Shown here: positions 28,515 through 39,052 of the stretch, piece by piece | Layout of the letters: each line of letters starts with the position of its first letter | How positions within the stretch are numbered: position 1 is the stretch's first letter | DNA from: a virus | Lineage: Duplodnaviria > Caudoviricetes | IMG/VR virus record: IMGVR_UViG_2667527676_000002 | Span: 29,563-93,562 of that record | Strand: one strand, 5' to 3' | DNA length: 64,000 nt | Notes under the pieces: generated by a model | What the model saw: the letters and a program-made list of their open reading frames with translations, nothing else | Databases searched by the model: none | What the model was told of the DNA's origin: nothing | Made by a program: the position numbers and the translations under genes

Positions 28515-28925
28515 TCAGAAGATGTCGGCGCGATAGCCGATGGAGACTGGTTTGGTATCGGCGATGTCCCCCGATATCCAGGGTCCCGGCGCTGGTGGGC
28601 TCACCACCTGCACAGAGAAACCGGGGCGGGACAACTCGGTGTAGAGAGGGAACTGCTGACCTAACTCGGCGATGATGTCTGCGGCAACGCCGGTGCCCTG
28701 CCCGCCTGGGACCACGATGCTGATCTGGAACACACCGGTGAAGCCCCGGTGGTAGCCGCCCAAGTCGCTACTGGTAGTGCCAGCGGGCAGCGTGAAGCAG
28801 CGTAGATAGATGGCACCCGGCGTCGGTTCGAACGTCACATTCGGGTACGCGACAGGGATCCCCTTGGCCTTCGCCCAGACGTCCAGGCGAGCCTCGAACA
28901 GTTGCTGAATGATCTCGTGACTCAT
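28515..28925 (-). CDS. Tail terminator-like protein
   Basis: GVFQISIVVPGGQG; position. Confidence 0.75.
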   Translation of the reverse strand: MSHEIIQQLFEARLDVWAKAKGIPVAYPNVTFEPTPGAIYLRCFTLPAGTTSSDLGGYHRGFTGVFQISIVVPGGQGTGVAADIIAELGQQFPLYTELSRPGFSVQVVSPPAPGPWISGDIADTKPVSIGYRADIF

Positions 28926-29596
28926 ACCTGGTTCGCCCTGACGGCGGCCTCCACAATCTGCTGGAATTCGGCGATGGTCACCCGGACCATGCCAGCCGGC
29001 GCCTGGCTGGAGTGCCCGTACTCGAGCGGTACCGCATACGGCAGGTTGTTCACCAGGTAGGCGGTATCACCGAGCTTCAGCGGCTGGACCCCAGCGGTCA
29101 CTGCAGAAATTGCCTTGCTGCCAGTCGGGTCGACGTCATCAATCTCCCCCTGTGCGGCCGTGCCGATGCTGAACTGCCAGTTGGCCCGAAAGCGCCCGCC
29201 AACATACCCGCGCCCGGCCACCATCCCGTTGACGTCGAAGTTCTGGTCACGCTCCGCCTTGGTCAGCGTCTTCGCGTGCTTCACGCCTCGACGTAGCGTC
29301 CCGTTCCTGGTGAAGTTGCTCGGATTCAGGTTGATCAGGGTGTTGCGAATCGCAACGTTCTCGTCGTAGCGGTCCGCCGCAGCACTCGCTCGCTGGCGGT
29401 AGGCGACGTTCGCGGCCCACCGCTCCGGGTCACCGACTGGAGATTTCTCGATCACCTTGACCGACAGGTCCAACATGATCCGCTGGTAGATCGCATCGCC
29501 GGCAGCCAAGGCTTGGTCGCGGAACTGCGCCACCGCTGCAGCGAAGCTGCCCTGGCGCCCCGAGTAGCGTTGACGCATGCGAGAGCCACGGGCCAT
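28922..29596 (-). CDS. HK97 gp10-like tail completion protein
   Basis: GRFRANW, NNLPYAVPLEYGHS. Confidence 0.8.
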   Translation of the reverse strand: MARGSRMRQRYSGRQGSFAAAVAQFRDQALAAGDAIYQRIMLDLSVKVIEKSPVGDPERWAANVAYRQRASAAADRYDENVAIRNTLINLNPSNFTRNGTLRRGVKHAKTLTKAERDQNFDVNGMVAGRGYVGGRFRANWQFSIGTAAQGEIDDVDPTGSKAISAVTAGVQPLKLGDTAYLVNNLPYAVPLEYGHSSQAPAGMVRVTIAEFQQIVEAAVRANQV

Positions 29597-29599
29597 GCG

Positions 29600-29989
29600 C
29601 TACCTCCTCGCCTGCGCGACGAAGCCGATGTCCAGTCCGGCGTAGTTCCAGGCTTTCGCAGTCACCACCTTGAAGGCCTCGCCGTCGAACTCGATACGGT
29701 CGCCGTTCCTCGGCGCCGGCATGTCCTGCCCCCCGAGCTGCACTGGTGACATGATGATCTCGACATCACCCTGTTGGATCAGCGAGCCATCGATAACCCG
29801 CACATCGTAGTCCTGGCGCATGCCGGAACCATCGAAGCGGCGCTCTATGGTTGGACTTCCACCGGTCGCCGGGTCGTACTCGCCCTGCTCGAACTTGGTC
29901 AGGCGTAGCTCAAGCCCCTTACCGCCCTTGCTCCGCGGTGCCAGCATACGAATGGCCATCGCCCGGGAACGGTCGTAGATATCAGCCAT
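29600..29989 (-). CDS. Head-tail joining protein
   Basis: YDPATG, DGSLIQQGD; position. Confidence 0.7.
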   Translation of the reverse strand: MADIYDRSRAMAIRMLAPRSKGGKGLELRLTKFEQGEYDPATGGSPTIERRFDGSGMRQDYDVRVIDGSLIQQGDVEIIMSPVQLGGQDMPAPRNGDRIEFDGEAFKVVTAKAWNYAGLDIGFVAQARR

Positions 29990-30453
29990 CAGCTCATCCT
30001 CGACACCCTGACGTTGAACATGCCGCCGCCGACTGTCAGCGCCTCCACAAGCCGATCCACTGCAACGTAGCGCGGCTGCCCCTGGTTCACCGGATCGGCG
30101 TAGACCGTGGTGAGGGGCCCCACCGTCTCGGATTTCACAGCGGAGGCCTGCTGTACCGTGTCCAGCGGCCCGTCGAGGGCCAGCAGGGCCAGTTCGCAAG
30201 TTGCGGCCTGCAGTTTCCGGTTCGGCCAGGCCAGGCCGGTGCGTGGAAACTCCAACGGCTGGTCCGGGTCGACCTTCGAGCCTCGGAATTGATAGCTGCG
30301 GTCGATGTAGTCGGTCGCCCTGATCAGTGCCGAGGAGCGGCTGTCATTGGAGGCCGACGCCCAGGCAGCATTGCCGCGCTGAGCGTGATACTCGGTAGCC
30401 TGGTCGACGGAGACGTAACTGTTGGCGCTGTCACCCTCAGTCACCACCGCCAT
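29989..30453 (-). CDS. Head-tail adaptor
   Basis: ANSYVSV, ALIRATDYID, QPLEFPR. Confidence 0.75.
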   Translation of the reverse strand: MAVVTEGDSANSYVSVDQATEYHAQRGNAAWASASNDSRSSALIRATDYIDRSYQFRGSKVDPDQPLEFPRTGLAWPNRKLQAATCELALLALDGPLDTVQQASAVKSETVGPLTTVYADPVNQGQPRYVAVDRLVEALTVGGGMFNVRVSRMS

Positions 30454-30922
30454 TGGCTTTCTCCTCGGTCGCCTTCAGGAGCTCGCGCAGCGAATCGGGC
30501 GTGGCGCCTTCCGGCACCTCGACACCCAGTTCAACGAGACGCGCCAGCACCTGTTCGTCGTTCAACGGCGAGGGCTCCTGGGCCGCCTTCGCCTCGGCGA
30601 GCAGTTTCGCCAACGCAGCCTTGCCTGCACGCCCATCAAACGCAACGCCGAGGGTCTTCAGGTCAGCCTTGATTTCGTCGAGGGTCGGCTCGCCGTCATG
30701 GATGCCCGGAGCCTTCTCAGCACCGCTGGTTTGCAGTTCGATCAGGTCGTAGGCCACCGAATATGCCCGCGGCACCTCGCCGGCTACCGCATCGGCCTGT
30801 TCGAGGAAGTCGCCCTGGCGATAGGCGAGCGGGTCCCGAATCGTCAGCCCATTGCGTTGGGCGAACTCCATCTGGTCCGAGGTCGCCGGGCCAGCTACGA
30901 ACCACAGAATCTTCTTGGTCAT
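30437..30922 (-). CDS. Head-associated hypothetical protein
   Basis: Follows the capsid gene, GAGG RBS. Confidence 0.65.
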   Translation of the reverse strand: MTKKILWFVAGPATSDQMEFAQRNGLTIRDPLAYRQGDFLEQADAVAGEVPRAYSVAYDLIELQTSGAEKAPGIHDGEPTLDEIKADLKTLGVAFDGRAGKAALAKLLAEAKAAQEPSPLNDEQVLARLVELGVEVPEGATPDSLRELLKATEEKANGGGD

Positions 30923-30962
30923 TGTCCACCTCATGAAAGGGGGCCTGGCGGCCCCTCTGCGG

Positions 30963-31934
30963 TTACTTGCTCAGCACCAGAACGCCGGCGGTGTCCTTGA
31001 CGCTGGTGGCGGTGCGCTCCCAGTTCGCCGCGGTGCCGATCGCGGTATCGTTCGGCGAAGCGCCGCCCGCACCGGTCTTCCAGGTGTAACCGAGCACGCC
31101 CAGGTTGTAGCTCCACTCGGCCTGGTAGACCGAACCCAGGTTCTCCTTGCCGGTGGTGCGGTTCAGGACAGCGTCGAAGTCGTTGTTGCCGGTCACCAGC
31201 ACCGAGCTCTGCACCAGGCCCAACGAGCGGAACGAAGCTGGGTTGGCCTCGGGATCAGCGCCGGCCGGCACGATCAGCGAGTCGGCGTCGGTCACCACGA
31301 ACAGACGGCCGAACGGGTCGCGCATCACGTTCACGCCATCGTAGGTGAACAGGTTCTCGGCGTTCGCAAGAGCGTTGTCGTAGAGATCGCTGACCACGCT
31401 GGAATGGAACACCCAGGCCGCAATGGCGTTGGCGCGGTCACCGAACTTGAACGCCGCCTTGTTCAGGGTGCGGAAGGTTGCGGTCTCGGTGGCGCTGCCA
31501 TGGGTCGCGTCGGAGTGACCGCTGATTGCAGCCACCGCGCCGCGGATGGCGGTGTTCAGCATGTCCGCGACCCGTGCCTTACCCAGTTGCTCACCGATGG
31601 TCAGGGCCGCCAACGCCGGGTTCTGCAACACCCAGTTGTACTGGGCCGCTTCATACTCGATCGGTGGCGTGCCGGCGGCGACCTTCACCGCGGCGTTGAG
31701 CAACTGCGTCAGACGAGTCGCAGCCACGTCGCCGTTCCCGTAGACGTTGCGGCGGCGCACCAGATTGGCGATCAGCTTGAAGCTGGCCTTGATGTCGAAG
31801 TCACCCTGCGCCGGCGCGTTCTGTAGAACGATGGTGCCGGCGGATGCCTGGTTGAATTTGTCGATCGCCTGGGCGACGGTTTCGGTCAGAGCCGTGTAGG
31901 TCTGCTTGTTGAATACAGCGAGATCGAAAGCCAT
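30963..31934 (-). CDS. Major capsid protein
   Basis: 323 aa, GGAGG RBS after the scaffold, LGVLGYTW..SPND. Confidence 0.85.
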   Translation of the reverse strand: MAFDLAVFNKQTYTALTETVAQAIDKFNQASAGTIVLQNAPAQGDFDIKASFKLIANLVRRRNVYGNGDVAATRLTQLLNAAVKVAAGTPPIEYEAAQYNWVLQNPALAALTIGEQLGKARVADMLNTAIRGAVAAISGHSDATHGSATETATFRTLNKAAFKFGDRANAIAAWVFHSSVVSDLYDNALANAENLFTYDGVNVMRDPFGRLFVVTDADSLIVPAGADPEANPASFRSLGLVQSSVLVTGNNDFDAVLNRTTGKENLGSVYQAEWSYNLGVLGYTWKTGAGGASPNDTAIGTAANWERTATSVKDTAGVLVLSK

Positions 31935-31943
31935 GTGGCCTCC

Positions 31944-32687
31944 TTACTTGATCGTTTCGAGGTAGGCGACCTTCTCGGCCTCTGTCTTGCAGTCGGCGAG
32001 CGACTTGGCCGTGCTGCCGGAGGGCTTGCCGCCCGGGGGCGTTCCGCCGCCGGAGTGGCCAGAGCCCTTCAGGATCTGGTCGCGGTAGGGGTACTGGTCG
32101 ACGAGAATCTCCAGCGCTTCATCGAAGTCGGCGGCCTCGCCGGGACGGGCCTTGCTGTACAGCTTGTTGCCGTGGGCGTCGTAGGCCACGACATTGCCGT
32201 CCTCGATCTTCAGGTGCTTGCCGAACACGGACTGCACCATGTCGGCCGGAACAGCCAGGCGGTCTGCCACGAACTTCGAGCGGGAGAAGCTGCCGCCGAT
32301 CTTCTCGGCGTAGAGCTGCTGCTCCAACTGCTCCGCGCGCGTGGTGGCCTCGGTCAGCTTGGTGTCGTAGGCCTTGCCGATTTCAGCCTTCACCTTCTCG
32401 ATCTCGCCGGCATCCACCAGCTTCTTCGCGTCGAGATTGGCGACGGTTTCCAGGGCTTTGCGCGCTGCGGCCGGGTCCTCGATGCCTTCGAAGTCTTTTG
32501 CGATCTTCTCGGCCTTCTCCGCCCGCTCGCGGTGCTGCTTGGCCTCTCCGTTCAAGCGGGTGATGGTGGCTCGGGTACCGACCGCATCGAAAGCGATCTC
32601 CTTACCGTCATCTTCCACGTAGACCGGCTTGCCATCCTGGACCTCGGCGTATTGCTTGCCATCGACTTCGACAGTCTTCAGTTTCAT
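31944..32687 (-). CDS. Capsid scaffolding protein
   Basis: Charged coiled coil upstream of the capsid gene. Confidence 0.75.
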   Translation of the reverse strand: MKLKTVEVDGKQYAEVQDGKPVYVEDDGKEIAFDAVGTRATITRLNGEAKQHRERAEKAEKIAKDFEGIEDPAAARKALETVANLDAKKLVDAGEIEKVKAEIGKAYDTKLTEATTRAEQLEQQLYAEKIGGSFSRSKFVADRLAVPADMVQSVFGKHLKIEDGNVVAYDAHGNKLYSKARPGEAADFDEALEILVDQYPYRDQILKGSGHSGGGTPPGGKPSGSTAKSLADCKTEAEKVAYLETIK

Positions 32688-32810
32688 CTCGTCTTTCTCC
32701 GGCCATCCGGCCATTGCGATGGGCCATCCGGCCCGGAAGGCGCCCCGCTCCATCCGAAACGCAGGCATAAAAAAGCCCCGGACATTGCCGGGGCCTACAC
32801 GAATTGGTGA

Positions 32811-33890
32811 TCAGTCGGGCGCGTACAGCGACTTGAGTTGCGCCAGGCTCAGCGGGTTGCCCCGCTGGTCCAACAGGTCGCTCAAGGTGATGACGCCTCG
32901 GCGCCAGAGGTCGGCGCGGCCGGGCCCCAGCTTCTCGTCCTGGAAGGCCTTTGACTTACCCTTGAGCCATGTCTCGAAGTTCAGACTGGCCGGCACCTGG
33001 CCGTCCATCGACGCCCGGGTGCTCTTCACCTCGTCGACGTCGATACCCAGCTCACGCATCGTCTTGAGCCAAGGCAGAGTGGCACTGCGACACCCCCAGT
33101 GCCGCGGGCAACCTTGCTTGTACGGCAGCGAGTGCCCCACAGGTCTGAACTGCAGATCCCAGGTCTTCTGGTCGTAGACCATGCAGATTTCAGTGGTGTG
33201 CGAGTCCAGGGTGCTGAGCTGGCGATACCCTTTCACCGGGCCATTCTCGCCAGAATTGGCCTTGTAGACCTCCATCCTGGCGCCATTGGCCACCGCTTGG
33301 GCGCTGTTGTGGACCAAGGTCCGAGCCGCGCGCTTGCTGACATCCATGAAGCCCTTCACCGGCGGTTGGTCGCCCCGAGCCCGGCGGCCGACGATCTGGG
33401 TAACCATCTGTTCCGTGGTCTCGCCATTCACGAAGCCATTGCGCACCACACCGGAGAACCGAAACGATACATCCGCAGCCTGCTTGAGCCACCATTGCTT
33501 GGTAGGCGCGCCCTCGATGAGCGTATTCGCAACCACGGCGCTGAGTCGGTTCTTGCCGACGCCGAGCATGATTGGCCGGCTCACCAGGCTGTTGACTGAG
33601 CTCGACGCGAAGCCTCCTTCGATGACCGCGAGTTGCCGCAGATTGGCATCATGCGCCGCAGCGATCTCGGTGTACTGCGCCTTGATTGCCTTGGCCGCCT
33701 CGTCGAGGATCGCGTTGACCTCCTTGACGTTCTTCAGCGGCAACCGGCGGCCCTGCAGCAGCTTCACCAGCTCCTCGGCGAGTTCGGTGATCTTCTCCTC
33801 GACTTCCTTCGACATACCCGCCGTGGTCCTGATCAGGTCGATACCATGGTCGGTATACAGCTCCGCCAGCAGCACCTCCAAGCGAGTCAT
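32811..33890 (-). CDS. Minor head morphogenesis protein (SPP1 gp7/Mu gpF-like)
   Basis: STLDSHTTEIC, CPRHWGCRS. Confidence 0.85.
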   Translation of the reverse strand: MTRLEVLLAELYTDHGIDLIRTTAGMSKEVEEKITELAEELVKLLQGRRLPLKNVKEVNAILDEAAKAIKAQYTEIAAAHDANLRQLAVIEGGFASSSVNSLVSRPIMLGVGKNRLSAVVANTLIEGAPTKQWWLKQAADVSFRFSGVVRNGFVNGETTEQMVTQIVGRRARGDQPPVKGFMDVSKRAARTLVHNSAQAVANGARMEVYKANSGENGPVKGYRQLSTLDSHTTEICMVYDQKTWDLQFRPVGHSLPYKQGCPRHWGCRSATLPWLKTMRELGIDVDEVKSTRASMDGQVPASLNFETWLKGKSKAFQDEKLGPGRADLWRRGVITLSDLLDQRGNPLSLAQLKSLYAPD

Positions 33891-35242
33891 ATCGCAGGCT
33901 CCTGGTTGCGGATCCGCTCCTGCTCCGACTCCCAGTCCAGGTCCTCGGCAAGCATGCCGCGGCGCTGGGCCTCGTTGAACAGGGTCTGGTCTGACAACGA
34001 GCCGCCGTCACGCATGCGCTGCAGCACACCCATGGTCTCAGCCGGAGCATAATCCGGGTCGAGATTCGGCTGGAGCTGCACGGTGCCGCCCTCGGCGCGG
34101 TTGTTCAGTGCGAGGGAGAAATACGACAGGAACAGCACCAGGCTGTCCTGCAGACCCTGGCACATCATCGCCAGTTTGCTGGTCTCCTTCGCCGATTCCT
34201 CGCCAGACTGCTTAGCCGTCATGACCTGGGTGGACTTCTCCACCAGCTTCGCACCAGCCTGCCGCATCTCCTCTTGCAGTGAGTCAAGCTGTTCCCGCGC
34301 GGTCTTGATGGCGGCGCCGGTGTGCTCGACATACTTCATGTCGGATTCCCGAGGCAACTTCACCGCGGAGCGCGCGCCGATGGCCAGCTCGTCGCCGGAG
34401 TCGACACCAGTCATCACCAGGATCGGCACGCAGGCGACATCAACCAGACTGTCCAGGGAGGACTGGAGCCACCAGTGCTTCGCCACCAGGTGGGCGAGTT
34501 CGAGCAGCGGTGGCTTTGCTGTGAGGAACCCGGTACGCGCGGTGTAATACGGCACCAAGGGGATGAAGCCGAGCGTGTTCGGGGTGTCCGACACCATCTC
34601 CCACCCGTCCTTACCCTCCTCGAACACGCGATGCCGGTGGGGCTCGATCACGCGGATCTGCTCAACGGTTTCGTCGGTGAACTCGTCCACCTCCTCCACC
34701 CGGCATGTCCGGAAGCGGAACTGGGTCAGGCTGTCGACACCAGCAACCTTGCCGGTCTTCCACCCCAGCACCTGGCCAGGCTCGATCAGCACCCCGTAGG
34801 GCCTGAAGCCGGCTTGTTGCTCGGCCTGTCGTGTGTTCGGCAGATCCTCTGGCCGTTGCGGTATCTCGACCAGGGCGAATTTCAGGCCATACTCCAGCCC
34901 GCCGCGGAACCAGTCCTGGGCGAACACCTGCAGATCACGTCCCTCCGTATCCACGTCGGTCAGCAGGTCGGCGATCTCCTGCGGCACGTCATCACCGATC
35001 ACGACCGGCTTCGCAAACACCCGCCCCACCATGGCGCCGACCGTTTCCTCGAACGCGGGGTGCAGCGTCGCCAGCTTCAGCCGCGCTTCATAGTCCTCCC
35101 TCGTCTCGAGCTGCCGCTTGGGCAGATACGCCTCCCCCGCTTCGCGCATGGCCGAGGTGCCGCCCTTGATGCAATCGATCAGCTTCCAGTGCTCGCGCAT
35201 CTCCTCGACAGCGGCGCAGCACTGGCAAACGGAATCGCTCAT
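33887..35242 (-). CDS. Portal protein (DUF4055-type)
   Basis: AYLPK..Y..RL, KPPLLELAHL; follows terL. Confidence 0.85.
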   Translation of the reverse strand: MSDSVCQCCAAVEEMREHWKLIDCIKGGTSAMREAGEAYLPKRQLETREDYEARLKLATLHPAFEETVGAMVGRVFAKPVVIGDDVPQEIADLLTDVDTEGRDLQVFAQDWFRGGLEYGLKFALVEIPQRPEDLPNTRQAEQQAGFRPYGVLIEPGQVLGWKTGKVAGVDSLTQFRFRTCRVEEVDEFTDETVEQIRVIEPHRHRVFEEGKDGWEMVSDTPNTLGFIPLVPYYTARTGFLTAKPPLLELAHLVAKHWWLQSSLDSLVDVACVPILVMTGVDSGDELAIGARSAVKLPRESDMKYVEHTGAAIKTAREQLDSLQEEMRQAGAKLVEKSTQVMTAKQSGEESAKETSKLAMMCQGLQDSLVLFLSYFSLALNNRAEGGTVQLQPNLDPDYAPAETMGVLQRMRDGGSLSDQTLFNEAQRRGMLAEDLDWESEQERIRNQEPAI

Positions 35243-35244
35243 GG

Positions 35245-36570
35245 TCAGAACCTCAGGGTAGTAACAGTTGCGGACTGCTTGACGACAGGCCACTCGACAT
35301 CGACGCAATAGCCGATAGCAGTGGTGATGTGCTGGTACTTGTTCTTCTGATCTTCCTGGAAGGTCGATCCCTCCTGAAGTTGAACAGTGGCCAAGCCCTT
35401 ATCGCACCACTTCGCGGTGTGCGGATTGACGAAGAGGCTGATGGTCCCGTCGGCGGTCCTGACCTTGGCCCGAACTGCGTTCTGGCGGTCCTTGATGGCC
35501 GGGTGCGACGGCTTCACCTTGCGGGTGAAGGTCCAACCGTGCGCCTTCAGCACGCCCTCGATGTCGGTGTAGTCGGAGGCGTGGCCGTGCTTCTCTCCAG
35601 CCTGGCCGGCCGGGTCACCGTAGATCAGCACGTGCTTGTTCTGGTGGGCCTTGAACTTATCGACGAACTCCAGGGCGGACTGCTTGGAGACTGCACTGGT
35701 GAGGACGATCTCATCCAGCAAGTACAGGTCCTGGCCGTTGTTGCGCCGCACCCCAATGGCCGAGGATAGCGGTGTGAAGTTCTGGTCATGCATCCACAGC
35801 AGCTGCTCGTGCGGTTCGATCCGCGCATCCGTGTGATTGGCCTTGCTGTAGTCCTCGTAGATGCGGCCGCCGGCCGTCTCGAACGAGGCCTCGAACTCCT
35901 GCTTGAACTGCTTGGCCGACATCGAGTGCTTCATCGCAGCGATGACATCGAGTGGCAAGATCTCGGCAGACTTCCAGTGGAAGACACGAAAATTTGGGTC
36001 GCCACCGGCCTCGGCCTTCATGCAAAGGTCGTAGTAGTGGTTCAGACCATCCGGCACCCCGAGCAACCAGCACCAGGCCCGGTAGTCAGGTTCCAGAGGA
36101 TTCACGGTGTTCAGCGCGGGAAGGATGTTGGCTTCCCAGGCATCAGGCTTGACGTCCGCGAACTCGTCGATACCGCCGCCCTTCCAGGGAATACCTTCAA
36201 TACGTTGTGGCTTGTCCAGACCAAGGACATGAATCTCGCTGCCATTGGGCAGGTAGATAATCAGGTCGGACTCGCTCGGCTTGCGCGGGTGCAGGCATGA
36301 CAGCGTGAAGGCCTTCAGGTCATCCCAGAATATCTTCTTGGCCTGGGCGTGCGTCGGCGCTGCAGCGAAGTACTGCCCAACAACTGCATAGGCCTGCTTC
36401 ACGAGGAATCGCTTGAACCGTTCTGTTTTTCCGCTACGGCGGCCGGCGGGCACCAGAGGGAATCGAATTCCCTCTCGAACCGCCTCGACCAGGCTCAGCT
36501 GTACGGGGTGGTCCTTGAGCTTGTACCAGCGCGCAAGCTGCCGATCGAGCAACAGGTTTCCAGTGCTCAT
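35245..36570 (-). CDS. terL: Terminase large subunit
   Basis: AGRRSGKT Walker A, GGIDEFAD Walker B. Confidence 0.9.
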   Translation of the reverse strand: MSTGNLLLDRQLARWYKLKDHPVQLSLVEAVREGIRFPLVPAGRRSGKTERFKRFLVKQAYAVVGQYFAAAPTHAQAKKIFWDDLKAFTLSCLHPRKPSESDLIIYLPNGSEIHVLGLDKPQRIEGIPWKGGGIDEFADVKPDAWEANILPALNTVNPLEPDYRAWCWLLGVPDGLNHYYDLCMKAEAGGDPNFRVFHWKSAEILPLDVIAAMKHSMSAKQFKQEFEASFETAGGRIYEDYSKANHTDARIEPHEQLLWMHDQNFTPLSSAIGVRRNNGQDLYLLDEIVLTSAVSKQSALEFVDKFKAHQNKHVLIYGDPAGQAGEKHGHASDYTDIEGVLKAHGWTFTRKVKPSHPAIKDRQNAVRAKVRTADGTISLFVNPHTAKWCDKGLATVQLQEGSTFQEDQKNKYQHITTAIGYCVDVEWPVVKQSATVTTLRF

Positions 36571-37148
36571 CCCGGCAGTTTCTCAATCAGGCTCTGCAGA
36601 AGCTCAGCCGTGTCGGCCTGACCTCCGCGTTTCATTTGGTCCAGCTCGGCGCGCTTCTTCGCGACATCCAGGCGCTTGAGCTCCAAGTCGAGCGCGGCAG
36701 ACTCGGTGCCGACATGCCGGCTCAGCAGCTCCAGGTTGCGTAGCTTGTCCGGCCACTTGACCTTGCGGAGCACGCCGGCGATGCGGCGGTCGTCACCGCG
36801 GCCCTCGAACAACTCGGCGATCTCGATGCCGGACAGGAACTGGCGCCAGGCCCGGGGCCAGTCGCGGATCGACCGGAACGAACCGTCGTCCTCGAGGATG
36901 TCGAGTACGTCCATCTCGTCGATCTCGCGGAGCCGCCGGATCACATAGTCGGCCTCGACCTCGGTGCGTTTCGAGCGCTCGGCCATGGCGGCCTGGATGG
37001 CCTGGGCAACCTCCGGCCGCTGGAGCAGTTGATAGCCAATCTCCGCCGCGCGCCGGGTGCTGTAGCCGGCTCGAATCGCGGCCTGCGTCGCGTTGAGATC
37101 AAGCAGGTACTCGTCGACGAACAGGCGCTGTTTCTTGGTCAGCGCCAT
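36567..37148 (-). CDS. terS: Terminase small subunit
   Basis: LTKKQRLFVDEYLLDLNATQAAIRAGYS. Confidence 0.92.
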   Translation of the reverse strand: MALTKKQRLFVDEYLLDLNATQAAIRAGYSTRRAAEIGYQLLQRPEVAQAIQAAMAERSKRTEVEADYVIRRLREIDEMDVLDILEDDGSFRSIRDWPRAWRQFLSGIEIAELFEGRGDDRRIAGVLRKVKWPDKLRNLELLSRHVGTESAALDLELKRLDVAKKRAELDQMKRGGQADTAELLQSLIEKLPG

Positions 37149-37156
37149 GGATCACC

Positions 37157-37441
37157 TCAACTGAGCCTCAGGATGGGCGCGATGTTGCCCTTGTTGCGGT
37201 AGACCAGCACCAGCAGCACGACCAGGACCGCCAGCAGGTAGGGCGATATCGGCGTCGCGTGGCGCGCCATCAGCACGGCCAGACTGATCGACAGCGCCTG
37301 CATGCCGGTCCCAGCGGCGAGGATGTACGCGCAGAGCGAGACGCCGAACCGGTACGTGGCACCGTGGCGCTGGTACGTGAAGATGCGGCAACTGATAGCG
37401 CCGCAGACGGCCGCAGCCGCCAGGGTCACCAGGTCAACCAT
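37157..37441 (-). CDS. Holin-family membrane protein (possible AlpC-like)
   Basis: Three TM helices, KGNIA end. Confidence 0.75.
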   Translation of the reverse strand: MVDLVTLAAAAVCGAISCRIFTYQRHGATYRFGVSLCAYILAAGTGMQALSISLAVLMARHATPISPYLLAVLVVLLVLVYRNKGNIAPILRLS

Positions 37442-37823
37442 CTTTCCGACCTCCGATCATGCCGACGATGCGCTGCAGAACGATCTGGAGCCATGCCGGC
37501 GCGCGGCCACCGATCATCCAGTCCAGCACGCCGATCAGGATCGTGACGATCAGAGCGGCGGTGACCAGGGAAGGCAGCCCAGAGAACTGGGTCGCGCCCC
37601 GCCCGACAGCCTCGGTGGCGGCGTAGTAGCCGCCGACCCAGGACGCCAGCAGGTAGCCGAGGCGCCTGGCCATGGTCAGGTCGTGAGCCCAGAGCACAAA
37701 CAGCAGCGCGCCGGCGAAGCCGCCGATCACCGCATTGACATCGACTCCGGGGATGATCGCGGTGGCAGTGAGCCCGACGGCGCCGGCTGCTGCTACTGCT
37801 CCGCTGCTCGTCGGTTCAGCCAT
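37434..37823 (-). CDS. Holin (possible AlpB-like)
   Basis: MAEPT start, GGFAGALLFV, several TM helices. Confidence 0.8.
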   Translation of the reverse strand: MAEPTSSGAVAAAGAVGLTATAIIPGVDVNAVIGGFAGALLFVLWAHDLTMARRLGYLLASWVGGYYAATEAVGRGATQFSGLPSLVTAALIVTILIGVLDWMIGGRAPAWLQIVLQRIVGMIGGRKDG

Positions 37824-37840
37824 GGGGTACTCCAGATGCA

Positions 37841-37907
37841 GAAAAGCCCAGCGCGGAGGCTGGGCCAAACGATGTGGGAATAAAAAACCCCGGCCGAGGC
37901 CGGGGTT
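37841..37907 (-). terminator. Two tandem intrinsic terminators upstream of the holin
   Basis: CCCCGGCC/GGCCGGGG+U6 and GCCCAGC/GCTGGGC+U4. Confidence 0.7.
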
Positions 37908-38168
37908 CAGTAGGAGTGCTTTCAGTTCAAGCCGCTAGAAGGAGATGGGGACCGCAGACCGGCGACTTGAAATGTTGGCAGCCCGATGATGGCAATTTGT
38001 CGCACCACCGACAACCCGTCAATTCCGGCCAGTTCATAAAAACGGAACTGTGTCACCTATCTAACTAACCAGGTCACAGCCCTGATTGGAGGTCAAATTC
38101 TGCGATAGGAGCAGGTGGCTGGGGCCACTACCCCTGTACGCATCCTGCGCTCCACCTGCATTGATCAA

Positions 38169-38390
38169 CTATCGTCCTCGGACGGACTCCAGCATCGATC
38201 TCATCTCTTCGATGATCTCTAGGTGCACCGCGTCTGCCACTGCCTCAGCCTCTTCCTCGGAATACAAGAAATCGCTCCTCAGCGTCAGGCCATGCATAAC
38301 CACAAAACAGGCCTCATGGCCGGCATCGCGTATAGACCAGGGGACTGCGTCCCCCTCGAGCTTCACGACCTTGATATCTGGACTTCTCAT
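38169..38390 (-). CDS. Small acidic moron protein
   Basis: GAGGTGG RBS before MRSPDIK. Confidence 0.55.
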   Translation of the reverse strand: MRSPDIKVVKLEGDAVPWSIRDAGHEACFVVMHGLTLRSDFLYSEEEAEAVADAVHLEIIEEMRSMLESVRGR

Positions 38391-38667
38391 AGGACCACCT
38401 CTCGGCTTCGAGATGGTCATTATCGCAAGGGTGAAGGCCTTGTGGGTCGGTAACCCGTCACTTTGCTAGCAGCCGGATGTGGCAGGTGAGACCGCTGTCT
38501 ATCGAGTTTCTGACCTTCGGAAACTAAAAGGCCCAGGAGAGGGGACCTTCCGGGCCTCTCGTCCATCTCGCTGAAAGCCAAGGAAGGAAAACATCGAGTC
38601 AGACGGGACGTGATGATGACGAGAACAGAAAATCCTGACAACCCGCAACGAAACCCTGCGGTGTGAC

Positions 38668-38877
38668 CTAGACCTGCGGTGTCGGGACTTCATCAACGCT
38701 GATGCAGTGTTCAATTTCTGAGACCTTCTCAAGCGCCTGATCCACCTCTGGATAGGCACCGAACACTCGCCCCTGGTAGAACACCACCCAGACGATATCC
38801 AGCCTGTCTGTTCCAGCCAGAAATCGCACCATGATCTGGAATCTTTCGGCCAGATCGTCAATGTGCATTTGGGCCAT
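38668..38877 (-). CDS. Small acidic moron protein
   Basis: ORF in the late leader; start uncertain. Confidence 0.45.
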   Translation of the reverse strand: MAQMHIDDLAERFQIMVRFLAGTDRLDIVWVVFYQGRVFGAYPEVDQALEKVSEIEHCISVDEVPTPQV

Positions 38878-38951
38878 TCCACGCAAAACCATCTTTGCTC
38901 TTCCCAATATCTAAAGGGACATTTTCGAGCGGGGGCGATCACGAGAGCAAG

Positions 38952-39052
38952 AAAAAACCCGGCGCCAGGGCCGGGTTTTCGGGGGGATCTGTTGATTGGG
39001 TGCAACTGTGCACAATGGCAAAACGATACCCAAATGCTCGCCAAATCGTCAA
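38952..39052 (-). promoter_or_regulatory. Late promoter pR'-like plus tR'-like terminator
   Basis: TTGACG-18-TATCGT (39052-39023), then CCCGGC/GCCGGG hairpin with U6 (38979-38952). Confidence 0.65.
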
